Shown in pieces: positions 22,198-31,474 of a stretch of 60,040 nt of DNA (the stretch's first letter is position 1; each line of letters begins with the position of its first letter). A model generated the notes under the pieces. That model was not told where the DNA came from and ran no database searches. It saw only the letters and a program-made list of their open reading frames with translations. The stretch is from Candidatus Aminicenantales bacterium (lineage in GTDB: Bacteria; Acidobacteriota; Aminicenantia; Aminicenantales; Saccharicenantaceae), in assembly GCA_049512315.1 (NCBI GenBank), contig JBEKXF010000020.1:1-60040 (forward strand), given 5' to 3'. The translations under genes and the position numbers were made by a program.

Positions 22198-22646
22198 ACC
22201 CGGTGCCGGAGAAACTCCGTTCGGCCGCTCGGGACGAACAGACGTTCATCACCAGGTCCGAAGAGGAGACCCTTCGCCTGGCCGGGCGGCTGGCCTCCGG
22301 TTTTTCAGGTCAGGAGGTCGTCCTGCTCTTCGGCGGGCTCGGGGCGGGGAAAACCGTCTTCGCCAAGGGCGTCGCTTCGGGCGCCGGCGTCCGGGACATC
22401 CACCGGGTCTGCAGCCCTTCGTTCACGCTCGTGAACATCTACGATGGAAAACACCGCATCTTCCACATCGACCTCTATCGCCTCGAGCGCCAGGCCGATA
22501 TCCTGGAGCTGGGCTGGGAGGATTACCTGGGAGAGGGGATCGTCATCGTTGAGTGGGCGGAAAAATTGACCTTCCCTCTCGACGGGATCTCGGTCCGGAT
22601 TGAGCCGGGACCGGACGACGAGCGCCGGATCACCATCAGCCGCTGA
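22194..22646 (+). CDS. tsaE: tRNA threonylcarbamoyladenosine biosynthesis ATPase
   Basis: LGAGKT, SPSFTLVNIY, HIDLYRL, VEWAE; classic nnr-tsaE synteny. Confidence 0.95.
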   Translation: MNPVPEKLRSAARDEQTFITRSEEETLRLAGRLASGFSGQEVVLLFGGLGAGKTVFAKGVASGAGVRDIHRVCSPSFTLVNIYDGKHRIFHIDLYRLERQADILELGWEDYLGEGIVIVEWAEKLTFPLDGISVRIEPGPDDERRITISR

Positions 22647-22664
22647 CGGCCGGGCCTTTCTTCG

Positions 22665-23390
22665 TCACCTCGCCGGCCGCGAAAAGTTCTCCAGGGCCTT
22701 CCTGAGCTTCAGGGCGACGTCCGGGACCTGGAGGACCTTCCCCTCGAAGATGGTCTGCGGGCCGACGCCTTTCAGACCGTAAAAATCCTGGTTGGCCTTC
22801 GCGTCCACGTAGAGAGAAGCCCCCTGGAAAGATACCCCGGCGTAGAGGCCGCGGCTCCGCGAATACGCGTAAATCTCTGCCTTGAGCTCTGCGTCCGTGC
22901 TGGCCTCGGCCGAACGGCCCAGCGGGCCGGCCGAGACACCCGCGTCGGCACCCAGGGTGAACTTCCCCCGGGTGATGTTCTCGATGCTCCGCGGCGTCCT
23001 GAACACGAGGATGACGTCGGCCGACTCGACGCCGATCTGCCAGCCGATGCTCCCGCCGGTGAGGCCGATGAAGGACGGATTGCTCCAGACGCCATCCTTG
23101 CCCCGGACGAGGAAAACCCCGTAGCCGTGCCGGCCGCCGACGATATAGGCCGCCTTGATGACGTCGGGGATGATGGCGATGCCGGCGCTTTTCTCGAGGA
23201 GCTTCTCGGGGATGCCCTTGTCGGACTCCTTCATCATCTCCCCGAGGACCCGGGTGGCGTCCTCGACTCTTTTGATCTCATTCGCCGGCGCGTTGTTCTT
23301 GGCCGGGGATCCGGGCGCAAGGCCCGGACGGGCAAGAACAATGGCCAGGACGAGAGCGATCCCAAGCGTTCGTCTTTTTTTGACAGTCAT
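22665..23390 (-). CDS. Exported lipid-binding SYLF (Ysc84) domain protein
   Basis: GGSIGWQIG, AGPLGRSAEA, YSRSRGLYAGVS. Confidence 0.9.
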   Translation of the reverse strand: MTVKKRRTLGIALVLAIVLARPGLAPGSPAKNNAPANEIKRVEDATRVLGEMMKESDKGIPEKLLEKSAGIAIIPDVIKAAYIVGGRHGYGVFLVRGKDGVWSNPSFIGLTGGSIGWQIGVESADVILVFRTPRSIENITRGKFTLGADAGVSAGPLGRSAEASTDAELKAEIYAYSRSRGLYAGVSFQGASLYVDAKANQDFYGLKGVGPQTIFEGKVLQVPDVALKLRKALENFSRPAR

Positions 23391-23400
23391 CGTGACCTCC

Positions 23401-24033
23401 TCAGGGGGCCAGGCCCCGAAAGCTTTTTTTTATTTGGCGGGCGGCCCTTTCCGGGTCCGTCGCGCTGAGAATAGCCGAAACGACGGCGACTCCATCCGCT
23501 CCGGCTCTACGGACCGCCCGGGCGTTCCGGTCCGTGATCCCGCCGATGGCCACGACGGGAATTCGGACAGCGTCTTTGATCCGCCGGATCCCGTCCGGCC
23601 CGAGAACGGGAAGGCCCGTTGTTATCGTGGTCGTTGCATAGGCGGGCCCGGCCCCGACATAATCGGCGCCCTGGTTTTCGGCCTCCCGGGCTTCCTCAGG
23701 CGTGTTGACCGAAATTCCGATGAGGGATCCTTTCCGAAGCGCCCTCCGGGCGAGAGCCGGGGGCATGTCTTTCTGGCCGAGATGGATGCCCGCCGCTCCG
23801 CAGGCCAGGGCGACGTCCACGCGGTCGTTGATCAGGAGAGGGACGCGGCGCTTCTTGAGAATGGCCGCGGCCCGCCGGCCGAGCTCGACGAAAGCCTGGA
23901 ATGGATAATCCTTGGCCCGGAGCTGGACGACCGTTACGCCGCCCCGGACCGCGGCCTCGATGACGGGCACGAGGTCGCGCCCCGACGCGAACTCCGCGTC
24001 GGCGACGAAGTAAAGGGCGTAATCGATCGGCAT
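23401..24033 (-). CDS. thiE: Thiamine-phosphate synthase
   Basis: VQLRAK, INDRVDVALA, HLGQKD, VVAIGGI. Confidence 0.93.
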   Translation of the reverse strand: MPIDYALYFVADAEFASGRDLVPVIEAAVRGGVTVVQLRAKDYPFQAFVELGRRAAAILKKRRVPLLINDRVDVALACGAAGIHLGQKDMPPALARRALRKGSLIGISVNTPEEAREAENQGADYVGAGPAYATTTITTGLPVLGPDGIRRIKDAVRIPVVAIGGITDRNARAVRRAGADGVAVVSAILSATDPERAARQIKKSFRGLAP

Positions 24034-24202
24034 CGACCCCTCGGTGGCTCCATTATAGTGGATTTAACTCCCCTCGGCAAACCCCGCGCCGGCGATGCAT
24101 GCGCGCCATGGGGACGTTGTTGGCCTGGAATTGACTTCGCGGCGCGTTTATTCTTAAATGAGGGGGCCGCGGATCGGATATCTTGCCGGAAAGGACACGC
24201 GC

Positions 24203-24733
24203 ATGGCTATCGACCTGAGATCCTACATCGTCGACGTTCCGGACTTCCCCAAGCCCGGGATCGTGTTCAAGGACATCACTCCCGTCGTTCAGAACGCCGC
24301 GGCCTTCAACTTCGCGATCGACGAGCTGGCCGCCTGGGCCCGGACGCGGACCCCCGGGGTCATCGCGGGCATCGAATCCCGGGGCTTCCTGTTCGCGGCC
24401 GGCCTGGCCCGGGAGCTTCGGCTCGGCCTCGCCCTCATCCGCAAGCAAGGCAAGCTGCCCCGGAAGTCCGTGAGCGTCCTCGCCCCCAACGAGTACGCCG
24501 TCGAGCACTTCGAGATGCACGAGGACGGGGTCGCGGCCGGCGAGCGCGTCCTCATCATCGACGACCTCATCGCCACCGGCTCGTCCTCAACGAGCGCCAT
24601 CCGCCTGGTGAAACTCCTCGGCGGGATCGTCGTGGGGTTCGGGGCGGTCGTCGAGCTCGACTATCTCAAAGGCGTCGAAAACATCCGCCAGGCCTATCCG
24701 GGAGTGGATATCCGAACTCTGGTCCGGTTTTGA
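24203..24733 (+). CDS. apt: Adenine phosphoribosyltransferase
   Basis: PDFPKPGIVFKDIT, IESRGF, RKQGKLP, IIDDLIATG. Confidence 0.93.
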   Translation: MAIDLRSYIVDVPDFPKPGIVFKDITPVVQNAAAFNFAIDELAAWARTRTPGVIAGIESRGFLFAAGLARELRLGLALIRKQGKLPRKSVSVLAPNEYAVEHFEMHEDGVAAGERVLIIDDLIATGSSSTSAIRLVKLLGGIVVGFGAVVELDYLKGVENIRQAYPGVDIRTLVRF

Positions 24734-24782
24734 ACGTCGCTGAGCTCGGCCCGACGGCAAGGATGGCCAAGGAAGGAAGAGA

Positions 24783-26543
24783 ATGATCAAGAGACAATGG
24801 AGCGTCGCGGCCGTCGCCGCTTTTTTCCTGGCTTCGGGCTGTGCCCGGGTGCCGGCCCCTTCGGCCGCGCCCCGGCTCGTCCCGGCGGACGCCGGCTGGG
24901 TCACGAAAACCCTCCGGAAAATGGCCCTCGAGGAGAAGATCGGCCAGATGATCGCCGTCAGGTTCACGGGCGCCTTCCGGAATGCCGACAGCGAGTACCT
25001 CAAGAACCTCGAATCTCTTATCGTCAAGACGAAGATCGGCGGCCTCATCCTCTTCGGCGGCGAAGTCTATGAAACGGCCGAGCTGACGAATGCCTTCCAG
25101 AAGGTGGCCAGGATCCCGCTCCTGTTCGCCTCCGATCTCGAGCGCGGCGCGGGCAACCAGCTGACCAACGCGACGCTCTTCCCTCCGCTCATGTCGCTCG
25201 GGGCCTCGGGCTCGGAAGAGCAGGCCTACGAAATGGGCCGGATCACGGCCCTCGAGGGACGGGCCATGGGCATCCACATGACCTACGCACCGGTCGTCGA
25301 CGTTAACATCAACCCGGAAAACCCGATCATCAACACCCGGTCCGTGGGCGAAGACCCGGCCCTCGTCAGCCGCATCGCCCGGGCTTTCATCCGCGGCTGC
25401 CAGGAGAACGGGATGATCGCGACGGCCAAGCATTTTCCCGGCCACGGCGACACGGCCCAGGACTCCCACCTCCTGCTGCCGACCATCACCGCCGACCTCG
25501 ACCGGCTCGAAAGGGTCGAGCTGGCCCCCTTCAAGGACGTCGTGAACGCCGGCGTGCGGGCGGTCATGACCTCCCACCTTTTCGTCCCCGCGCTCGACCC
25601 GACGCCGAACCTCCCGGCGACCCTGTCGCCGGCGATCCTGACCGACCTCCTGCGGACGAAACTCGGGTTCCGGGGGCTCATCGTCACGGACGCCATGGAG
25701 ATGGCCGGGATCACGAGCTCCTTTTCGCCCGAGGAGGCCGCCCTGAGGGCGGTGCTGGCCGGCGTGGACATCATCCTTCTGCCGCCCGAGCCCGCCCGCG
25801 TCGCCGAGTATCTGGTCACCGCCGCCCGGGAAGGAAAGATCCCGGCCCGGAGGATCGACGACTCCGTCCGCCGGATCCTCGAAGCCAAGGCCGGACTGGG
25901 CCTCGACAGGAACCGCCTTGTCAGGATTGAGGACATCCGCCGCAAGGTGGCCCCCCGGCCCTTCCTAGACCAGGCCTATCAAACCTTTGAAAGCGCCGTG
26001 ACTCTGGTCAAGAACGAGGGGGACCTTCTCCCGCTCGCCGGGGCGGACCCGAAGATCGCTGTCTTTTCCCTGAGCAGCGACCAGGGAGATTACTTCGCCG
26101 GCCGAGCCTTTGTCGCCGAGATGAAAAAGAGAAATCCCGAGATCCTGGGCTTTTTCGCCGACGCCGACACGGGTCAGGAGGAGCTCGACGCCGACGTGGC
26201 CCGTTCGGCGGGCGTCGACACGGTCGTCTTCGCCCTTTTCTCGCGGCTCACTTCGAGCAAGGGGAGCGTCGACCTGGAGCCCAAGCACGCCGCCCTGGTC
26301 CAGAAGCTCGCGGCGGCGGGAAGGCCCGCTGTCGTGGCCGTCTCCTTCGGCAGCCCCTACTTCTTGCGGCATTTCCCGGGGATCGCGGCCTATGTCTGCG
26401 TCTATCGCAACACGCCCGAGACGCAGCAGATCGCGGCCCGGGCCCTTTTCGGGGAAATGGACATCAACGGGAAGCTGCCGGTTTCCCTCCCTGGGCTCTT
26501 TCCTATCGGCCACGGGATCCCCTTGAAAAAAACGGCGAAATGA
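24783..26543 (+). CDS. Glycoside hydrolase family 3 lipoprotein (beta-N-acetylglucosaminidase type)
   Basis: Lipobox ASGC, KHFPGHGDTAQDSH, GLIVTDAMEM, C-terminal GH3 domain. Confidence 0.92.
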   Translation: MIKRQWSVAAVAAFFLASGCARVPAPSAAPRLVPADAGWVTKTLRKMALEEKIGQMIAVRFTGAFRNADSEYLKNLESLIVKTKIGGLILFGGEVYETAELTNAFQKVARIPLLFASDLERGAGNQLTNATLFPPLMSLGASGSEEQAYEMGRITALEGRAMGIHMTYAPVVDVNINPENPIINTRSVGEDPALVSRIARAFIRGCQENGMIATAKHFPGHGDTAQDSHLLLPTITADLDRLERVELAPFKDVVNAGVRAVMTSHLFVPALDPTPNLPATLSPAILTDLLRTKLGFRGLIVTDAMEMAGITSSFSPEEAALRAVLAGVDIILLPPEPARVAEYLVTAAREGKIPARRIDDSVRRILEAKAGLGLDRNRLVRIEDIRRKVAPRPFLDQAYQTFESAVTLVKNEGDLLPLAGADPKIAVFSLSSDQGDYFAGRAFVAEMKKRNPEILGFFADADTGQEELDADVARSAGVDTVVFALFSRLTSSKGSVDLEPKHAALVQKLAAAGRPAVVAVSFGSPYFLRHFPGIAAYVCVYRNTPETQQIAARALFGEMDINGKLPVSLPGLFPIGHGIPLKKTAK

Positions 26544-26591
26544 TTATGAAAATGGAACTTCGTCCGATATCCTGCGGCGCACGAGGCGGGC

Positions 26592-27584
26592 ATGAATTAT
26601 AAATTTTTGGGGCAGACCGGCCTCAAGGTTTCGGGCCTCTGTTTCGGGACGATGACGTTCGGCGCCGAGGCGGACGAGGCGGAATCCTCGGCCATGTTCC
26701 GCGCCTGCCGCGACGCCGGCGTCAACTTCTTCGACTGCGCAGATATCTACGCGGGTGGCCGGTCGGAGGAGATCCTGGGCAGGCTGATCAAGGACGGCCG
26801 CGAGGACGTCGTCGTCTCGAGCAAGGCGTATTTCGCCACGTCCGCTGATGTCAACGCCATGGGGGCCTCCCGCCGCCACATCCTGTCCGCGGTCGAGGCC
26901 AGCCTCCGGCGCCTCGGGACCGACAGGATCGACATCTATTTCATCCACCGGTTCGACGACCGGACGGCGCTCGACGATACGCTCCGGGCCCTGGACGACC
27001 TCGTCCGGCAGGGGAAGGTCGTTTACACGGGGGCGAGCAATTTCGCCGCCTGGCAGGTGGCCAAGGCCCTGGGGATATCCGTGAACCGGGGGTGGGCTCC
27101 GTTCTCCTGTATCCAGCCCATGTACAGCCTGGTGAAGAGGCAGGCCGAGGTCGAGATCCTGCCCATGGCCCGATCCGAGCGCCTGGGCGTCATTCCCTAT
27201 AGCCCGCTCGCCGGCGGCCTCCTCTCGGGGAAATACGGCGATGGCCGGCGGCCCGGGACAGGCCGCCTCGCGACCCACAAGATCTCCCAGACGCGCTACG
27301 GCAAGGCCTCGTTCCGTGAGGCTGCCGCGCGGTTCGCCGCCTTCGCCCGGGAACGCGGGCTCGACCCGGTGGGGTTGGCCATCGCCTGGGTGGCTGGCCA
27401 TCCGGCGGTCACGGCGCCCATCATCGGGGCCAGGGACAGGGCCCAGCTCCGGGCCTGCCTCGCGGCCGTGGACGTCCCGATGACGGAAAGTCTCAGGGCC
27501 GAGATTTCTTCCCTCTCTCCCGAGCCTCCGCCCGCGACGGACCGGAATGAAGAACGGACGGCGTTCACGTTCGGGGTCCGCTGA
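26592..27584 (+). CDS. Aldo/keto reductase
   Basis: GTMTFG, FDCADIY, SLRRLGTDRIDIYFIH, YSPLAGGLLSGKY. Confidence 0.95.
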   Translation: MNYKFLGQTGLKVSGLCFGTMTFGAEADEAESSAMFRACRDAGVNFFDCADIYAGGRSEEILGRLIKDGREDVVVSSKAYFATSADVNAMGASRRHILSAVEASLRRLGTDRIDIYFIHRFDDRTALDDTLRALDDLVRQGKVVYTGASNFAAWQVAKALGISVNRGWAPFSCIQPMYSLVKRQAEVEILPMARSERLGVIPYSPLAGGLLSGKYGDGRRPGTGRLATHKISQTRYGKASFREAAARFAAFARERGLDPVGLAIAWVAGHPAVTAPIIGARDRAQLRACLAAVDVPMTESLRAEISSLSPEPPPATDRNEERTAFTFGVR

Positions 27585-27672
27585 TCTTGTGGGGGCACTA
27601 ACCGGACGGCGTCCAGAGTTTGACTTTCCCCGGGGGGCTGGACTATATTGCGCCACGTTGGGGAGCGGAACC

Positions 27673-29685
27673 ATGAGCGCAAGAAAAATGACCTCTACTC
27701 CGGCTCGGATCGCCGCGGCCGTCCTCATCGCTGGCGTGTCGTTCGCTTTGGCCCTTGAGCCTCCAACCCGGGAACAGGTCGAGCGCTACAGGAAGGACGG
27801 CACGCTGGCCGCCCGCGTCGCCCAGGCCGAGTCCTTCGGCAATCACCGGATCGCTCCGCGCCTGGTCTCCAGGATGAGGGAAAAGTTGATGCGCGCGCCC
27901 GTCGCCCGGAGCCAAACAAAGACTCTATCGTCGCGGGCGGTTGAGCGCATCGCGGCGCCCCCGTCGGGCTGGGTCGGGCTGCCCACGACGGGCACGGTCA
28001 AAGTGCTGGTCCTCCTCATCGCCTTCAACGATTATCCGGCCGTGACCCCGGCGGCTACGATCACGGCCCGGCTCTTCGGCGACGGGCAGGGGCAAGCGCC
28101 CTTCGACAGCCTGAGGAATTACTACCGCCGTTCCTCCTACAATCAGCTCGAGATCCAGGGCGACGTCCTGGGCTGGTATACCACCCCCTATGCCCGGAGC
28201 GCGGTCACGGAGACGGACGCGGGCCGGGAGGCGGTGATCAAGGAAGCCCTGAGCTACTATGACCAGCAGGGCCACGACTTTTCCCAATACGACAACGACG
28301 GCGACGGGGCGATCGATTACTTCTGCGTCTTCTGGACGGGGCCGCACGGGGACTGGGCCTCGTTCTGGTGGGGGTATTACACGGGGTTCTCCGATTCGAG
28401 CTTCCGGCTGGACGGCAAGAGACTCTCCCAGTTTTCCTGGCAATGGGAGCTCTACGGCTACCCTTCCGGGGATTTCAGCCCGCAGACCATCATCCACGAG
28501 ACAGGCCACGCCCTCGGCGTCCCCGATTACTACGATTATGACGACAGCGTCGGCCCCCTCGGGGGAGTGGGCGGGCTCGATATCATGGACGGCACGGTGG
28601 GCGACCACAATTGTTTTAGCAAGTTCATGCTGGACTGGATCAGCCCCACGCTCGCCTCGTCGGGCCCCCGGACGGTGACGCTCCGGGCTTCGGGGCTCTA
28701 TAGCGACGCCCTACTCTTCATCCCGGGCGCCGTCCAGGGGAAGATCTTCGACGAATATTTCATGGTCCAGAACAGGCAGCGGGTCGGGAACGACACCGGG
28801 CTTTTCACGGCGTCCGACGGCCTCCTCGTCTGGCACGTCGACGCCCGGCTCACGAGCTCCGGCTGGGACTTCGTCTACGATAATTCCTACACGGCCCACA
28901 AGCTGTTGAAGCTTATGGAGGCCGACGGGCTCGAGGAGATCGAGAAGTACGGATGGCCGGCCCACGCCGGGGACTACTACAAGGAAGGCATGGGCTTCGG
29001 CCCCTCGGGGACTCCCAACACGAGCCGCTACGACGGCACTCCGACGGCGATGGGGATCATGAACATCGTCGGGACGACGTCGCCGATCAGCCTGGACACT
29101 TACGCCAACGACCTGCCGCCGACCTGCGCCATCACGAACCTCACGGACGGCCAGATGATCTACGGCATCGTCCAGATCGATGCGACGGCCAGCGATGACG
29201 TCGGGATCAAACACGTGGAGTTGTACGCCGACGGCGTCCTCCTGGGGACGCTCACATCGGCCCCTTATTCATTCACTCTGGACACGAAGACGCTCGATAA
29301 CGGGACTCACACCCTGAGCGTCGTGGCTTATGACCAGGTCCTGCAGACGGCCACGGCCCGCGTTTCCGTGACCGTGGAAAACTACTACGCCCCCGTGAAC
29401 GTGACCGGCCAGAAGGTCGTCAACCGGAGCGCTCTCCAGCGGGAGTACATCAACGTCCTGACCTGGAAGGATGACCCCCGGAACACGACCGACTCCAAGT
29501 TCCGGGTCTATGTCGTGAGCGGCGGCCAGAAGCAGCTCCTGGCCGAGGTCAACAGGGACAAGGTCCTCGGACCCTATACCTACCTCCATCGGCGCATCGA
29601 CGGCAGCCAGACGTATAGTTACGATATCGTGGCCGTCGGTGCCCTTGATAGGGAAGGGGACACCGCCGCCGTCACGGTGCGGTAG
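27673..29685 (+). CDS. Exported M6-family (immune inhibitor A-like) metalloprotease with an Ig-like domain and an FN3-like C-terminal domain
   Basis: VLLIAFND, YDNDGDG, HETGHALGVPDYYDYD, EYFMVQNRQ, GLLVWHVD, Big-like ATASDDVGIKHVELY. Confidence 0.88.
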   Translation: MSARKMTSTPARIAAAVLIAGVSFALALEPPTREQVERYRKDGTLAARVAQAESFGNHRIAPRLVSRMREKLMRAPVARSQTKTLSSRAVERIAAPPSGWVGLPTTGTVKVLVLLIAFNDYPAVTPAATITARLFGDGQGQAPFDSLRNYYRRSSYNQLEIQGDVLGWYTTPYARSAVTETDAGREAVIKEALSYYDQQGHDFSQYDNDGDGAIDYFCVFWTGPHGDWASFWWGYYTGFSDSSFRLDGKRLSQFSWQWELYGYPSGDFSPQTIIHETGHALGVPDYYDYDDSVGPLGGVGGLDIMDGTVGDHNCFSKFMLDWISPTLASSGPRTVTLRASGLYSDALLFIPGAVQGKIFDEYFMVQNRQRVGNDTGLFTASDGLLVWHVDARLTSSGWDFVYDNSYTAHKLLKLMEADGLEEIEKYGWPAHAGDYYKEGMGFGPSGTPNTSRYDGTPTAMGIMNIVGTTSPISLDTYANDLPPTCAITNLTDGQMIYGIVQIDATASDDVGIKHVELYADGVLLGTLTSAPYSFTLDTKTLDNGTHTLSVVAYDQVLQTATARVSVTVENYYAPVNVTGQKVVNRSALQREYINVLTWKDDPRNTTDSKFRVYVVSGGQKQLLAEVNRDKVLGPYTYLHRRIDGSQTYSYDIVAVGALDREGDTAAVTVR

Positions 29686-29710
29686 TCCCCGTTCCCGCCT
29701 GGAAGCCCGC

Positions 29711-30346
29711 TTATTCGTAGACCAGGATCTCGACGCGCCTGTTCTGGGCCCGGCCCTCGCGCGTGGTGTTGTCGGCGACGGGCACGGAGCTCCCGAGGCT
29801 GATGACCTGCATCCGATAGAGCGGGATGTGGTACTGCTTGTAGAGGTAGAGCATCACGGCCTCGGCCCGCTTCTGGCCCAGGGCCTCGTTGACGCTGTCC
29901 GGGCCGGAATTGTCGGTGTGCCCCTGGATCTCCAGGTACAGGCCCCTGTTCATTTCGATGAGCTGCTGGACGAATCTGTCCAGAGCCGCCTTGGCGTCGG
30001 CGCCGAGCTCGAAGCTGTCGAAGCCGAACTTGGCGTCGCCGCTCCGGAGGGTTTCCTTGTAGATGAGGTTCCCGCGGATCATCTTCTTGACGTCGTCGAT
30101 CTTCCCGTCCACGGCCTGGAACTGGGAATCATGCTTGGCGATGACCTCTCCGATCGAGGCCAGTTTCTCGTCGTGTTCCTTGAGCCGTTTTTGGCTGGCT
30201 TCGACCTCGGTGGCGACGTTCTCGACCTTCTTGTCGATCGTCGTCATCTCCCCCTGAACGTACTTCTTCGTGGCGCATCCGGGCCCGATCACCAGGGCGA
30301 TGAAGACCACTGCGCAGACATAGAGAGCGATCCGATTCCTGTTCAT
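29711..30346 (-). CDS. OmpA-family peptidoglycan-binding lipoprotein with a coiled coil
   Basis: Lipobox GPGC-ATKKYV, IQGHTD, LGQKRAEAV, GRAQNRRVEI. ATG 30346 after GGGAGG. Confidence 0.92.
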   Translation of the reverse strand: MNRNRIALYVCAVVFIALVIGPGCATKKYVQGEMTTIDKKVENVATEVEASQKRLKEHDEKLASIGEVIAKHDSQFQAVDGKIDDVKKMIRGNLIYKETLRSGDAKFGFDSFELGADAKAALDRFVQQLIEMNRGLYLEIQGHTDNSGPDSVNEALGQKRAEAVMLYLYKQYHIPLYRMQVISLGSSVPVADNTTREGRAQNRRVEILVYE

Positions 30347-30508
30347 GTTAACCTCCCTTCGTGTCCGGAAAGGGCGGAATCCCCGCCCCCGGACGCTCCC
30401 CATGAGCGCCCGGCCCGTGGCACTTTATATCATGATAACCTTTTTTCTACAGATTTTCAATCCCCGCAGCCGCCCGGAGATTCCCCGCCCGGGGGGGCCC
30501 GGGCCTGT

Positions 30509-31474
30509 TCAATAGCCCTCCCGGGTCCGGACCTTGTACCTCTTGTTGGCCGTGACGACCCTGATCTTCCGGTAATCTCCGGTCACGTCCTTATAGGAGG
30601 TGTACCCGATGAGGTACTGCTGGCTCTGCTCCTTCTTGAGCTCCCGCAGGGCCCCGTACATTTCCTCCGGCCGGTTGACGAAGACGGCCTTCCCGCCGGT
30701 CGCCGTTGAGAACCGGTCGAGGGTCTCGACGATCCCCGCTGAGGTCAGGGCCTTGGCCCGCTTGAGGGCCTTGAGGACCTGCTCGTCCAGGGGGATCTTG
30801 TAGCCGATCGTGTAGATGGGCACGTCGACCCGGCGGGCGATCTCCACGGCCTCGTCCGGAGTGACGCGGCTGTCGTTCTCGACCCCGTCCGTGATCAGGA
30901 GGAGGGCCCGCTTTTCGTTGTGTCCCCGGTTGGCGAACTCGGGGGACACGGCCACGGCGTCATTGAGGGCGGTCTGCCCGTAGGCGTTCGTCGCCTCCAG
31001 GACCTTGAGGAACTCGGTCCGGTCTGTTGAAAAGGGGGCGGCGACCTCCACCTGGCCGTCGGCGAAGATCAGGAGGGAGACCTCGTCGCGGGGGCTGAGG
31101 ACGAAGTTGACCAGGTTCCTGAGGCCGACCTTGGCTTCCTCGAGCTTGTTGAGGACGGCCATGCTGCCGCTCACGTCCAGGAGGACCGTCAGGCTCAGCG
31201 GCGCGTCGAAATCGTGCTTGAAATACGTGATGGGCCGCTTCTCGTTGTTCTCGTAGATCGTGAAGTCCTTGTCCGTCAGGTCATTGATGTACTTGCCCCC
31301 GCTCGTCTGGACCGTAACGGCGATGGTGATGGCGCTGACCGTGACGTCGACCCGGATGTCGTCGGCTTTCTTTTTTTTCTGTTGGGGAAAGGACGGGCCC
31401 GCAGCCGCGACAGCCAGGGCCAGAAGGAGGGCCGGGAATAAGAGCGTGCGTTTCATGGGATCGCCGATCGTCAC
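30509..31474 (-). CDS. Exported VWA-domain protein (Acidobacterial VWFA-related type)
   Basis: DLTDKDFTIYEN, MIDAS DVSGS, TALNDA, ITDG, TGG, QYLIGY. GTG start overlaps the kinase stop (GTGA); alternative ATG at 31456. Confidence 0.9.
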   Translation of the reverse strand: MTIGDPMKRTLLFPALLLALAVAAAGPSFPQQKKKKADDIRVDVTVSAITIAVTVQTSGGKYINDLTDKDFTIYENNEKRPITYFKHDFDAPLSLTVLLDVSGSMAVLNKLEEAKVGLRNLVNFVLSPRDEVSLLIFADGQVEVAAPFSTDRTEFLKVLEATNAYGQTALNDAVAVSPEFANRGHNEKRALLLITDGVENDSRVTPDEAVEIARRVDVPIYTIGYKIPLDEQVLKALKRAKALTSAGIVETLDRFSTATGGKAVFVNRPEEMYGALRELKKEQSQQYLIGYTSYKDVTGDYRKIRVVTANKRYKVRTREGY

